A stretch of 64,000 nucleotides of DNA from an uncultured Nitrososphaeraceae archaeon (GTDB lineage Archaea; Thermoproteota; Nitrososphaeria; Nitrososphaerales; Nitrososphaeraceae), in NCBI GenBank assembly GCA_963729045.1, contig CAVSMN010000014.1, forward strand, positions 60,338-124,337, given 5' to 3'. Both the position numbers and the translations under genes were made by a program. The notes beneath the pieces were generated by a model that saw only the letters and a list, made by a program, of their open reading frames with translations, ran no database searches and had not been told where the DNA came from. This document shows positions 1 to 10,076 of this stretch, in pieces; position 1 is the first letter of the stretch; each line of letters starts with the position of its first letter.

Positions 1-424
1 AATTATCATTAACATAGTTTGACAATTGCTTTAGTACTTCTATGGCATTTCCTTCAATTATTTCTATTATGTCACTGACTCCAGCATTCTTAAAATTTGT
101 TGTTGCTTTCTTAGTCTTTAGTGGATTATTGTCTATGGTAGTGATATTTCCTTTTGGCGGGTGAGAGTTTTCTTCATTCTGATAAAACGAATATGCTAAC
201 CACAGTGTCGAGTATCCAACAGAAGTACCTACTTCTAATATCTTTTTGGCATTCATTGATGATAGTAAGATACTAAAAAATTTTCCAGTGTCACCGGTAA
301 TCGCAAGCATCGAATCCTCATGGGATACCTCTGCTAAGCCTGATCTTTCTAATGTTGATTGTTTTTCCAGCTCGGTTAAGACTTTAATGATTCTCGAACA
401 AGTATTAAGATCCAAGTCTGACAT
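1..424 (-). CDS. O-methyltransferase (class I SAM-dependent), 3' end beyond window start
   Basis: Manual translation from ATG at 424: MSDLDLNTC...MLAITGDTGKFFSILLSSMNAKKILEVGTSVGYSTLWLA, with the LEVGTxxGYS SAM motif. Not in the ORF track because it is truncated. Confidence 0.85.
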   Translation of the reverse strand, partial: MSDLDLNTCSRIIKVLTELEKQSTLERSGLAEVSHEDSMLAITGDTGKFFSILLSSMNAKKILEVGTSVGYSTLWLAYSFYQNEENSHPPKGNITTIDNNPLKTKKATTNFKNAGVSDIIEIIEGNAIEVLKQLSNYVNDN

Positions 425-1139
425 TTTCTCGTACCGTGATTATTTGGTTATCCTAATATTAAAACGATATTTCTCGCATTCTAAATTGATAGAATTAAAG
501 ATTATAGTTAATTTTTGCCTTTTCTCCGATATTATAATAGAAAAGACAAAAATCATGAATTTGGAGTCTGATCTTGATATTTTGACCTAATACATGAATG
601 ATACTAAAACCCCGATAAATGCCCGGAATAAACTTCAACACGCAGTCAATATGTTAACCGTCAACCGAGGTGACCTGTTATAATTTAGCTGATCAGAATG
701 ATTTACTTTATGATAACAAGAGAATAGCAATCTAATGCTATCAAAGATAGGGTACAGAATCTAGGATTTAAAGAAAAAACTGAAGATAAACCTTCAGAAA
801 ATATACCAGTGTTCTAGTGAGAGAGATTGTAAAAGTACCTGTCTATTTCGAGAAATAGAAATTTCGGGTTTGATTAGTCTTTTTATTAGCTATGATTAAC
901 GTTACTCAATTTAGGGAATGAAAATAGCTTGCATTTAGTAAAATTTGATTAGTGTCATTCTAAAAAAATATTTATTTTCAATCTCTGATCAAAAAATTGA
1001 TAATATTTCTACTTTTGGCATTTTGTTTCTAATGTTATCATAATTTTCCAGTATTCAATTATTATTAATTGCTAAATCCAAAAAAGATAAAAAAATTGCA
1101 AATATTTTTAATAAAGTTCATCTTACAATAAGTTATAGA

Positions 1140-1814
1140 ATGAAAACCCTTCAAATTGCTACCTTTGGTGACGATGATCAAGATGGAATTGCACTAGGGA
1201 TTCGAAATTTTCCAATTCATCAACTCATATTGATATGCTACTCAAGTGATGAATCCAAAGCTATCGAATATTCAAAGAAGATTGAAACAATAATCGGTAT
1301 CGGTTCAGAAATAATTCTTGTTGAGAAGGAAAACGTCGTAAAGGATACAATTGAAAGAGTTAATGAAGTATTGTTAAAGAAAAGTATGGAATATCATCAG
1401 ATACTTATGAATGTAAGTTCTGGGGATAAATTAATCAGTTGTGCTGCACTCTCATCAGCATTCATTAATGGAATAAAGGCTTTTGCAATGGACCATGCTC
1501 ACACTGTACCTCTGTTATTACCGGTACTAAAGTTCAGTTACAGCGAAATCATATCAGATACCAAAATAAAAATACTAAAAAGTATTGATAGCATAGGCGG
1601 CATGGTAAGCAGCTTGGAAGAACTAGAACAAATTTCGGGTTACGGAAAACCTCTTTTGAGCTATCATGTTCAAGGCGGTAAGGAAAATAAAGGATTGGCA
1701 GATTTGGGGTTGGTAGAAGTAGACAAAGGTGACAGAGGTAAAACAGTAATTAACATTACTACTTTGGGCAAACTAATGGTTACATCCAACCTCGTAAATT
1801 CTTCTCAGCATTAA
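1140..1814 (+). CDS. DUF6293/HFX_2341-type (CARF-like Rossmann + winged HTH) transcriptional regulator
   Basis: N-terminal domain with NVSSGDKL..CAAL..AF; C-terminal wHTH (SLEELEQISGYGKPLLSYHV...LADLGLVEV...ITTLGKL). Confidence 0.7.
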   Translation: MKTLQIATFGDDDQDGIALGIRNFPIHQLILICYSSDESKAIEYSKKIETIIGIGSEIILVEKENVVKDTIERVNEVLLKKSMEYHQILMNVSSGDKLISCAALSSAFINGIKAFAMDHAHTVPLLLPVLKFSYSEIISDTKIKILKSIDSIGGMVSSLEELEQISGYGKPLLSYHVQGGKENKGLADLGLVEVDKGDRGKTVINITTLGKLMVTSNLVNSSQH

Positions 1815-1859
1815 TATTATGTTAATCTTAAAAAATATAATAATCTGAGAGTGTCAGAT

Positions 1860-1957
1860 GGGCTCGTAGCGCAGACTTTGGATAATCAAAGGTGCATAAT
1901 GGATAGCGCGGACGCCTCCTAAGCGTCAGGCCGAGGGTTCAAATCCCTCCGGGCCCG
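1860..1957 (+). tRNA. tRNA-Arg(CCT) with a 23-nt intron in the D-loop (position 15/16, 1875-1897)
   Basis: Acceptor stem GGGCTCG/CGGGCCC; anticodon arm GACGC-CTCCTAA-GCGTC; T-arm GAGGG-TTCAAAT-CCCTC; BHB formed by GCGC/GTGC helix with AGA and ATA bulges. Confidence 0.93.
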
Positions 1958-2213
1958 TTACGATAAAGATTGTTTTAATTTACATGTCCTGTCCAAATCA
2001 TTTGAACGAAATAGTCTCTAATCTCAGTAATATTGGGATTAGTAATCTTTAAAGCTTGATATGTTTATTGAAATAGAAATCCAATCATAAAGTGTTAGTA
2101 AAACGAATCCACGTTGAATATCGGATTTATCGATTATTTTTTTTAAGAAAAACCATAACATCCAAGACACTAACAAAGGAGGTTTCTTAATTGGTCCATC
2201 ATAGCAAAATTAA

Positions 2214-2426
2214 TTATTCTAAAATTGTCCAGCCTATGAAGGTCATATGTAAATGCTCTTGACAATAATAGGCCGAACACGGAACACACCTGGATATCGG
2301 CTTACCAGAACAATGATGTACAGAACAACAAATTGTATTTTCATGGGTTGTGGATGATTCGATATTTAAATGCTCAGATGAAATATTGTTTAATGAATCA
2401 AAATAATCTGTGGACATTTCAAACAA
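2214..2426 (-). CDS. Small Cys/His zinc-finger protein (B-box-like), probably frameshifted near the 3' end
   Basis: CxxxxC...PISRCxxCxxYYCxxH; paralog of 63118..63324. An alternate frame gives HRLDNFRII, matching HSMDNFEIL of the paralog. Confidence 0.65.
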   Translation of the reverse strand: MFEMSTDYFDSLNNISSEHLNIESSTTHENTICCSVHHCSGKPISRCVPCSAYYCQEHLHMTFIGWTILE

Positions 2427-2840
2427 TACTATGAGGAAAAGAATCTAGATAAGCATTCGAGACGATATAATCTATTTACTCTTATATCATGACAGATGGA
2501 TTTACTTATTTCTGCGGTTAAATTACCTATTATTATTTGATATGTAGTAATCTACTAGAATCTATTTAAAGAACTGATATCAGTCGTAAGCCCTTCGGGT
2601 CCTTTTTATTTATTCTAAATAATAGTATTTATAAAAAAAGTAAAAGGTAGAGTTCCAAATTTGGTAGAACGAGAATTAGAGATCCAACTGCCAACACTTA
2701 GTATTCTAGATAACTTGACCGTCTCACTTCTCAAATTAGTTTAAATAAATAATTGAAACTAATTGGTTGATTTGGCCTCAAAGGAAGAAATCGCTTATTG
2801 CCACTTGCTATAAATATGAGAAAATATTTGTTTTTCAGAT

Positions 2841-3440
2841 TTATGCTGGGTACGAACTTTCGCTTTTCCCATTCTTATTGATGATCAAAATATCTATACC
2901 ATCACCACTTGCAGAATCCCTTTGAATGGATGATCGAATGGATCTTAATGCTAGATTTGTTGCCTTCTCCTCATCTAGGTTTTCATTGAACTCTGCATCC
3001 ATTACTCCCAATGCCATTTCAGCTCCAGTTCCTACTGCAGCATATCTATCTGGTAAAACCGAACCTAGTGGATCGAGAGTATAAATTTCTGGTTTTCCAG
3101 TTGTAACACCTCCCACCACAACCTGAGTCAATAAGGGAAAGTATCTCCTTTCAAACATTATGACGGACATCAATTTTGCAACCGAATTTGGTTCGACGTT
3201 ACGTCGGGTTTCCAATTTCCTGATTTTTGATAGAGCGCTTACCTGGCGTACAAGAACCTGCATGTCAGCAACCATACCTGCACAGGCGGCACCCACATGA
3301 TCAGTAACATTAAATGTTTTTTTAGTATTTTTATTAACTACGAAATTGCCATATGAAACTCTCTTTTCAGCAGCCAAAAGTACTCCATCATTGTAAGTAA
3401 TCCCAACTGCTGTTGCTCCGGGCATAAATTGAAAAGCCAT
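2841..3440 (-). CDS. psmB: Proteasome subunit beta
   Basis: GATAVGI..DGVLLAAEKR, AGMVADMQ, DPLGS, AVGTGA, RDSASGDG. Confidence 0.95.
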   Translation of the reverse strand: MAFQFMPGATAVGITYNDGVLLAAEKRVSYGNFVVNKNTKKTFNVTDHVGAACAGMVADMQVLVRQVSALSKIRKLETRRNVEPNSVAKLMSVIMFERRYFPLLTQVVVGGVTTGKPEIYTLDPLGSVLPDRYAAVGTGAEMALGVMDAEFNENLDEEKATNLALRSIRSSIQRDSASGDGIDILIINKNGKSESSYPA

Positions 3441-3489
3441 TTAATAATTAAAAAAAAAGAGTTAGATTTAGTCGTTTCTATATTGATGC

Positions 3490-5269
3490 CTACTTTTTCA
3501 ACATTGAGTAGTCATGAATCTTGATTGCTTCGGATATTAGCTTATTTTGAATTTCTAGAATGTCCTTTGCCTCTGGATACTTTGATCCAACCACCACCTC
3601 TGCAACAATATTTGTTATGTGTCTGAATAGGAATTCATCTCCTCTTTGAGCCTCTACCTTATAGGTGGAATGAGCCTTATTTACAAAGACAATATTTTCA
3701 TTTGTAAAACTGTATCTCGGATCAGTTTCATCCTCGTAGGGGATCACCTTGTATCCTATTTTTTTTAGCGTGAAAGTTTTTTTGAGAATAGGCTTTCTAA
3801 CCGTTTTTCTAATCATCCCGTTGTTGCCAGTAGCGAGGTTGTCGTTGTAATTATTATTTGAAATCTGTGTTAAAGAAGCACTCTCTCTGTTGGTAGAATC
3901 GTTAAGAGCAAATTCATTTGCTGAATTTGAGATTTCAGAATTGTTTAAAATTTTGTCTCTATTGTCTGTATAATTGTCTGATGAAGAGGTTTTTGTAGCT
4001 TTCTTTGCATTCAAATCATCAAAATTTGAATCGGAATTTCGTTTGCTGTTTTCATCACCGATATCTAAATCATTGTTCCCATCTACCTGTGTTAAGGTAA
4101 AAGATACATTATCGTTTTTATTATTTTCATAACCTTGAATTGAATTTGAATCGCCTGTCAGACTATCTTTTGTGTGACTCGAGCCATCTGTTCCGTTCTC
4201 GCCAGCTGGGGATGAAACCTCGACCGATTCGAATCCTTGAATTTCTTCTACTGGTTCAAGGGTTTCCAAAACAGCTTGACCCATGACTTTATCTATTTCC
4301 TTATAAATTTTTGATTCTTCCCTTGTAATGAGAACGTCTTCATATTCTGTTAGGCTCGGAAGCACTTGATCAATTATGAATGTTTTTACATTTTGATTGA
4401 AAGCGTTATAGGTATCATTCTCAATCAAAGCCGATTTATCTGCAAACCTGGATGTAAGTTCGTCGCATTTTACATATCCTGTAACTCGGCTCAGCTTGTT
4501 GTCAAATCCAAATGTGCTCCTCAAAACCACGTGATTACCTACCATTATTGCTATTCCTTTCTCATCTTGCCCCAAAGGCCTTCTCGCAATGGTTATTTCA
4601 CCGGTGGTTCTTGGATTATCTAAATTTACTTCTAACTTGTAACCTTGAATATCTGGCGAGTGTATTACTTGGGAATTAGACATATCCCATTCTTTAATAT
4701 TGTTAGCAGATTTGATATACACCTCAAAGAGTGGATATTTTAGAATAGAGAGTTTCTTAATCTCTTTGGAAAGTTTGTTTATGTCAATGCTAATTTTAGA
4801 TCCTATCAACAATATTTCAGTACCATTTCTGCTGAGTTTCGGTTCTTTTATCTCACGTAATTTTGCTCTTCCAGTAATAAGCTCTTCTAATGTATTCCCA
4901 TCAATAGCTAATGGTTTTGCTAAAATCGTCCAGCCGAGTTTTGATTTTCATTTGATTAAACGAAGTCAAAAAGGATAATCGTCCAGTACCATATCTTCCC
5001 GTTCTTAACCTTTTCAATTTTGGTGAAAGAGTTTCTTCAGCTTTATGGGGTGAGCCTAATATCAAAAACTTGTCCATTGAATTGGAGTTCATCCCTGCGT
5101 TATCTTCAATTACCACGTTGCCGTTTTCTAATACTGTTACGAGAACATTCGTTGCATCCTCGTCAAAGGCGTTTTCAATTAGTTCTCTCACTATTTCGTA
5201 GGGAGATATCCACGTTTTCGTGGCAAACTCTCTAAAAAATGATGGATGAACCTTTAATTCCATAGTCAA
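3490..5269 (-). CDS. GHKL (Hsp90/MORC-like) ATPase domain protein, split by an apparent +1 frameshift near 4912
   Basis: ORF 4901..5269 has RELIENAFD, IEDNAGM and GRYGTG. The second frame continues LAIDGNTLEEL...NGTEILLIG into ORF 3490..4812, which contains a long acidic/Asn-rich insert. Confidence 0.75.
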
Positions 5270-5364
5270 TATATTTTAGTTTTTAGGAGAAGATTATTTA
5301 AATAAATATTAAAAATTAGTTGACTAAATTCCTAATTTTTTTTCACAAGCTCAGGGCTGTGATT

Positions 5365-5562
5365 CTATGTTGATACAGTGTGGGTAAAGCCAAGTATTAT
5401 GGCCTTCGGAATTAAATCTACTAAACCTAACGTTATTTTAGGCGGATGAGTTTCGATGAATGGATGTACCGTCGTATAATAAATTAACAAAACTGGAACT
5501 GCAGCGCATCCTGCTATAGTTAAAAGGATTAGCCAAGTAGCTGTCATCTTTCCCGTAAGCAT
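5365..5562 (-). CDS. Small membrane protein
   Basis: 65 aa with one N-terminal hydrophobic helix; TATA-like element upstream. Confidence 0.5.
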   Translation of the reverse strand: MLTGKMTATWLILLTIAGCAAVPVLLIYYTTVHPFIETHPPKITLGLVDLIPKAIILGFTHTVST

Positions 5563-5624
5563 GTCATTTTAAAAATGGTTTGGATATATAAAGATAAAGC
5601 TCTCATACGTCATATTATTTAATC

Positions 5625-6116
5625 TCATAATCGAAAGGAAATTTCCTTAAAAGCATTCCAGAATTTATCACCGACATAGTGCAGATTATTTATAATCTGT
5701 CCCTTTTGTAATTCTTTGGCGTTAATGCTGTCCTCAAGTGCTATACCGACAGATAAATATTTTCCATATTTTTCCTCCTTTGCTACAACTATGTCATTTT
5801 TCTTGAATTGACTAAACTCTACAATACCTGGACGCAATATCTTTGCTCCATTACATATGAACTTTATAGAACCCGAGTCCACAATTATCGAAGGGAATTT
5901 TTCCAGGACTTCGGTTCTGCCCAAAAAAGGCAGTATAATCTCCTCAGAAATGAAAACTGCAACAAGGGAATCGATAACCAAGATACTCTTATTCTCTTCA
6001 ATTTCAAAAACTTTAATATTCTTAGTTTTGGGAATCGATATCTTCTCCTCCCAGCCATTGACTATTGTTTTGAGTATTTTCTCCGTATCTTTCTTGGAGA
6101 TCACATACGTCTTCAA
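5625..6116 (-). CDS. PUA-domain RNA-binding protein (DUF1947/MCT-1-like)
   Basis: VDSGSIKFICNGAKILRPGI...KGQIINNLHYVGDKFW. Confidence 0.88.
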   Translation of the reverse strand: MKTYVISKKDTEKILKTIVNGWEEKISIPKTKNIKVFEIEENKSILVIDSLVAVFISEEIILPFLGRTEVLEKFPSIIVDSGSIKFICNGAKILRPGIVEFSQFKKNDIVVAKEEKYGKYLSVGIALEDSINAKELQKGQIINNLHYVGDKFWNAFKEISFRL

Positions 6117-6346
6117 ACAGCTTATTCAATTCGTCATAGATAATAAAGATGTATAATTATTGATCATCTAATAGTGATTATTGGTTATTGCTTATTATAG
6201 CTCATGCAGATATCGACATATTTAGCGAATCTAAAATCAAAAATCTTGTAGTCTATGTGTCTCTTTTTTTATACACTTTATCTTAATCCTCAAATTGGAA
6301 AAAAAATTTTTATAAATAATTAGACCATACATTAAATCTAATTGAG

Positions 6347-6637
6347 ATGAGTGAATCGCCCGATACGAAATATGAGGTTCCAATAAAGCAAGTGGAAAAA
6401 ACATTGAAAATAAGTGATAGAGCCAAAGCTGAGTTAAAAAGCTCAGGGATGATGGATGATAAAGGTAAACTAAAACTAAAGGGTGTCAGTCCAAAAATGT
6501 TAAAGAGAATGAAGTTAGAATCTATAGATTGTCCTGTGTTCAAACAGGAACTTGGCTTTGTAGAATGCTACGTTTGTAGCAATTTTCATAGTAGAATTAG
6601 TGGTGTGGTTTATTGCAAGGGTGACCCTTTAGAGTAG
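6347..6637 (+). CDS. Hypothetical protein with Cys-rich C-terminus
   Basis: Clean ORF; CPV...ECYVCSNF...VYCKG. Confidence 0.7.
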   Translation: MSESPDTKYEVPIKQVEKTLKISDRAKAELKSSGMMDDKGKLKLKGVSPKMLKRMKLESIDCPVFKQELGFVECYVCSNFHSRISGVVYCKGDPLE

Positions 6638-6716
6638 TCTAGTTATTTCTTTTTATTGCGCCGGTAATAACAGCATAAGCTTCATAAATAGAAATCCATA
6701 GCTATCTTTTGATTAA

Positions 6717-8201
6717 TTGGACCAGAAAATCAGTAAGGAATTCGGTATTAGTGTGAAAAAAGATGAAAACTTTAGCGAGTGGTATTCTCAAATAATTGAA
6801 AAAACAGGGTTGGCGGATTATATATCTGCAAAAGGTTTCATTGTCCTGCGGCCATATGGTTTTGCTATCTGGGACCTCATCAAGACCTATTTAGATCAGA
6901 AATTCAAAGAGACAGGACACCTAAACGGATTCTTACCTTGCTTGATACCTGAAAGTCTGTTGAACAAGGAGGAAAAACATTTCAAGGGATTTAATCCAGA
7001 GGTCTTTTGGGTAACGTCGTCTGGTGATTCTTTGTTGAATGAAAAATTAGCGTTGAGGCCCACCTCTGAGGCTCTACTTTATTCAATATTTCCGAAATGG
7101 ATATCCAGTTATCGAGATCTTCCACTTAAAATGAATTTTTGGAACACCGCTTTGAGGGCTGAGATAAAGTCAACAAAACCCTTCATACGAAATTCGGAAT
7201 TCTTATGGCAAGAGGGTCATACAGCTCACGCCGACAAAAAAGAGGCAGAGGACGAAGTAATGACAATTTTGCATCTCTACAAACACTTTATTGAAAAAGT
7301 CCTTTTAATTCCTACGATATCTGGCTATAAAAGCAACAAAGAGAAATTTGTTGGCGCAGATTATACTACTGCATTGGAGGGGATGATGCCTGATGGAAAA
7401 GCACTACAACTTGGTACTTCCCATAACTTGGGTTTTAATTTTTCACAACCATTTGAAATTAAATTTTTGAACAAAAACAATAATGAAGATTTTGTTTGCC
7501 AAACTTCTTGGGGGATATCTTGGAGATTGATTGGAGCGTTAATAATGGTTCATGGAGATGACAAAGGTTTGATATTACCTCCAATCGTTGCCCCAATCCA
7601 AATTATTATTATTCCAATTTACAAAAATGTAAATGAACATTTAGTTAAAGACCATGCTAATAGACTAAAAGATAGTTTGGTAGCTTTAGGCTATAGGGTT
7701 TTTGTAGATGAAAGAGATGAGTTTACCGCTGGATGGAAATATAATGAATGGGAAATGAAAGGGGTCCCTGTCCGAATAAATATTGGACAGAGAGATATTG
7801 AAAGAAATAATGTAGAGGTAGTGAGAAGAGATAATAGACAAAAAAGTATTGTCCCTATGGAGAATTTGAGTAAAGAAATCGAGAAAATTTTTCAAAGTTT
7901 GCAATCTGATTTGTACTGCAAAGCCGAAACATATCTTAAAGAGAAAACAAAAATCATAACAAATTTTGACGATTTCAAGAGGAATTTGGATTGTTATTCA
8001 GGCTTTATGGTGACAGGTTGGTGTGGTAATGAAGACTGTGAAGTCAGAGTAAAGGAGGATACTGGAGCAGACATTAGGGTAATCCCGTTTGATTCAAAAG
8101 ACCTCCCAACCGAACTCAATACGACATATGACGTAATTAAGGATTGTATTTATTGCGGAAAAAAGGCAAATAAGACAGTTATCTTTGCAAAAGCATATTG
8201 A
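6717..8201 (+). CDS. proS: Proline--tRNA ligase (archaeal/eukaryotic type)
   Basis: LRPTSE, FLWQEGHT, QTSWGISWRLIGA, C-terminal FAKAY. Confidence 0.97.
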   Translation: MDQKISKEFGISVKKDENFSEWYSQIIEKTGLADYISAKGFIVLRPYGFAIWDLIKTYLDQKFKETGHLNGFLPCLIPESLLNKEEKHFKGFNPEVFWVTSSGDSLLNEKLALRPTSEALLYSIFPKWISSYRDLPLKMNFWNTALRAEIKSTKPFIRNSEFLWQEGHTAHADKKEAEDEVMTILHLYKHFIEKVLLIPTISGYKSNKEKFVGADYTTALEGMMPDGKALQLGTSHNLGFNFSQPFEIKFLNKNNNEDFVCQTSWGISWRLIGALIMVHGDDKGLILPPIVAPIQIIIIPIYKNVNEHLVKDHANRLKDSLVALGYRVFVDERDEFTAGWKYNEWEMKGVPVRINIGQRDIERNNVEVVRRDNRQKSIVPMENLSKEIEKIFQSLQSDLYCKAETYLKEKTKIITNFDDFKRNLDCYSGFMVTGWCGNEDCEVRVKEDTGADIRVIPFDSKDLPTELNTTYDVIKDCIYCGKKANKTVIFAKAY

Positions 8202-8307
8202 TAAAATACTTTTATTTTGAATTACTCAACGGGGATGAAATAAGAGATAATTAAAATTTAAACAGAATGTTTATGTAAGGTTTAAAATCCAAATTATTTA
8301 TTACAAG

Positions 8308-8928
8308 TTGTCAAAAAAGAACAAGGATAACAAGAGGAAAGATATAAAGATAATCATAATCATTGTTGTAGTATTTGCTATAGCATTTATTTCTATTAGG
8401 ACTCTATTGGCCGACTCTAATCCGTTTTATGTAGTGGCAAGTGGTAGCATGATCCCTGTACTCAACATAAATGATTTGATAATAGTTTGGGAAAAGGACA
8501 ATAGCACTTTTGCTAATGCGAACATAGGTGATATCATCGTTTTTAAAGCCCCGGATCCAGCGGAAGAAAATAAGACCATTGTGCACCGGGTATCAGCCAT
8601 CATTGAGAAAGGGAATAATTTGACAGGAAACGTGATCCTTTGTGCTCCTATTGCCATAAATGAAGTCATACAGGAAAAAACAATTTTGACAAAAGGAGAT
8701 GCAAACGAATGTTCCATTCCTGGAATAGATTTTCCGATAACAAAGGAGAACTATGTAGGGAAAGTTATCTATACAATCCCACAGGTGGGTATCATACCTC
8801 AGGTTTTGAAACCCCCTGTAAACTATATTATAATGGCTATAATTGCTGGATTATTGATATATTCATTCATTCGTGGAGGTAAAAAGGATAAACAGGAAGA
8901 GGAGAAAGAAAAATTAAAAGATGAGTGA
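8308..8928 (+). CDS. Signal peptidase I (Sec11/S26B type)
   Basis: VVASGSMIP, IVHRV, TKGDAN; flanking TM helices. Confidence 0.92.
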   Translation: MSKKNKDNKRKDIKIIIIIVVVFAIAFISIRTLLADSNPFYVVASGSMIPVLNINDLIIVWEKDNSTFANANIGDIIVFKAPDPAEENKTIVHRVSAIIEKGNNLTGNVILCAPIAINEVIQEKTILTKGDANECSIPGIDFPITKENYVGKVIYTIPQVGIIPQVLKPPVNYIIMAIIAGLLIYSFIRGGKKDKQEEEKEKLKDE

Positions 8929-9451
8929 ATCCCGTGCGATACCTTTAGAATTGGCTGTACTAATGTATAGGCAGGATGATCCAAACAAGTGTACAGCATC
9001 ACGACTTGTTAAATTTAAGATGGTTAAGGAAGTAAGGAGGGTTCCTACCACATTTTTGGTACTCAACCCTTTCGCTGAAAAAATGGTTATCCCTAATGAT
9101 ATGAAAAAATTTAGAGGCATTTGCGCTATTGATTGCTCTTGGAAATTAGCACCTCAGGTAATTAATACGTCAAAAAAATTCTTTAATAATAGAAAGCTTC
9201 CTGCTTTATTGGCCGGAAATCCTACCAATTATGCCAAATTAGGAATGCTTTCAACAGTTGAAGCCATATCCGCAGCATTGTATATTTTGAATTACAAAGA
9301 AATGTCTAGAGAAATTTTAAATAAATTTAAGTGGGGGCATACATTTTTGGATTTAAACTCCGAAATCTTGGAGGATTATTCTCATGCACTAGGACAAGAT
9401 GAGATCATAACGATAGAAAAGGATTACTTTCCACACATTTTCAACTCCTAA
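8921..9451 (+). CDS. tsr3: rRNA aminocarboxypropyltransferase Tsr3 (DUF367)
   Basis: QDDPNKCTA, IDCSW, LPALLAGNPTNYAK, LSTVEA, FKWGHTFL. Confidence 0.92.
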   Translation: MSESRAIPLELAVLMYRQDDPNKCTASRLVKFKMVKEVRRVPTTFLVLNPFAEKMVIPNDMKKFRGICAIDCSWKLAPQVINTSKKFFNNRKLPALLAGNPTNYAKLGMLSTVEAISAALYILNYKEMSREILNKFKWGHTFLDLNSEILEDYSHALGQDEIITIEKDYFPHIFNS

Positions 9452-9669
9452 CAACAAATTCTACGAAAAGTACTGCATTAAAAATCAAATTACACTGGAA
9501 GGATAATTTCGTTAATACAAGTTAATTGATATATTCAAAAATATTTCAATATCAATCTTTTTGGACTTGGAAAAGAGTATTAATTATATCTTCAACTAGA
9601 AAGAATATTCAAAAAACGACTAGTAAATGAGAAAGTTAATAACTTTAGAGTTTCATTTTTACTTGTGAG

Positions 9670-9954
9670 CTAGCGAGCAAGTTACTTCTAGCAATATATA
9701 ACGAAGAGGAAACTCCTCCCTCACTACGGGCACCTGAATTAGCGATAATTAGAAGGAGACTTCTGGCAACGAAATAGAAAAGGATCCAGTTGAGATCAAA
9801 GGCAATGATGATTAATAATCTGAGTGATTTCAACCTTGGAGTGAAACTGTCGACCTAGGTGGAGAAAGGCCAAACAGAGTTAGGAACCCGTACATACACT
9901 CAGGTAGGCTGCTTAGCTAAATCTTGCTTAAAACAAAAGGAGGGTTACTACTAG
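9670..9954 (+). ncRNA. rnpB: RNase P RNA
   Basis: P4 signatures GAGGAAACTCCTCC (about 9706) and AAACAAAAGGAGGGTTACT (about 9931); GAGCAAG/CTTGCTT P2-like pairing; terminal CTAG/CTAG; about 285 nt and GC-richer than flanks. Ends approximate. Confidence 0.88.
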
Positions 9955-10076
9955 GACACACGATGTGGGATTCATAAGGGAAACTTTTCCATTTTGAATC
10001 CCATACTATTTATCTTCGAATAAACTTCGAAAATCTATTAATTCTAATTGTCACTACTGATAAATTGTAGTATAGA

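Noticed and set aside
246..590. 114-aa + strand ORF
   Set aside because: Largely antisense to the O-methyltransferase; no motifs.
2573..2584. Perfect palindrome ACTGATATCAGT next to a TATA-like box
   Set aside because: Single occurrence with no recognisable regulated gene; could be chance.
9645..9833. 62-aa minus-strand ORF
   Set aside because: Antisense to the RNase P RNA.
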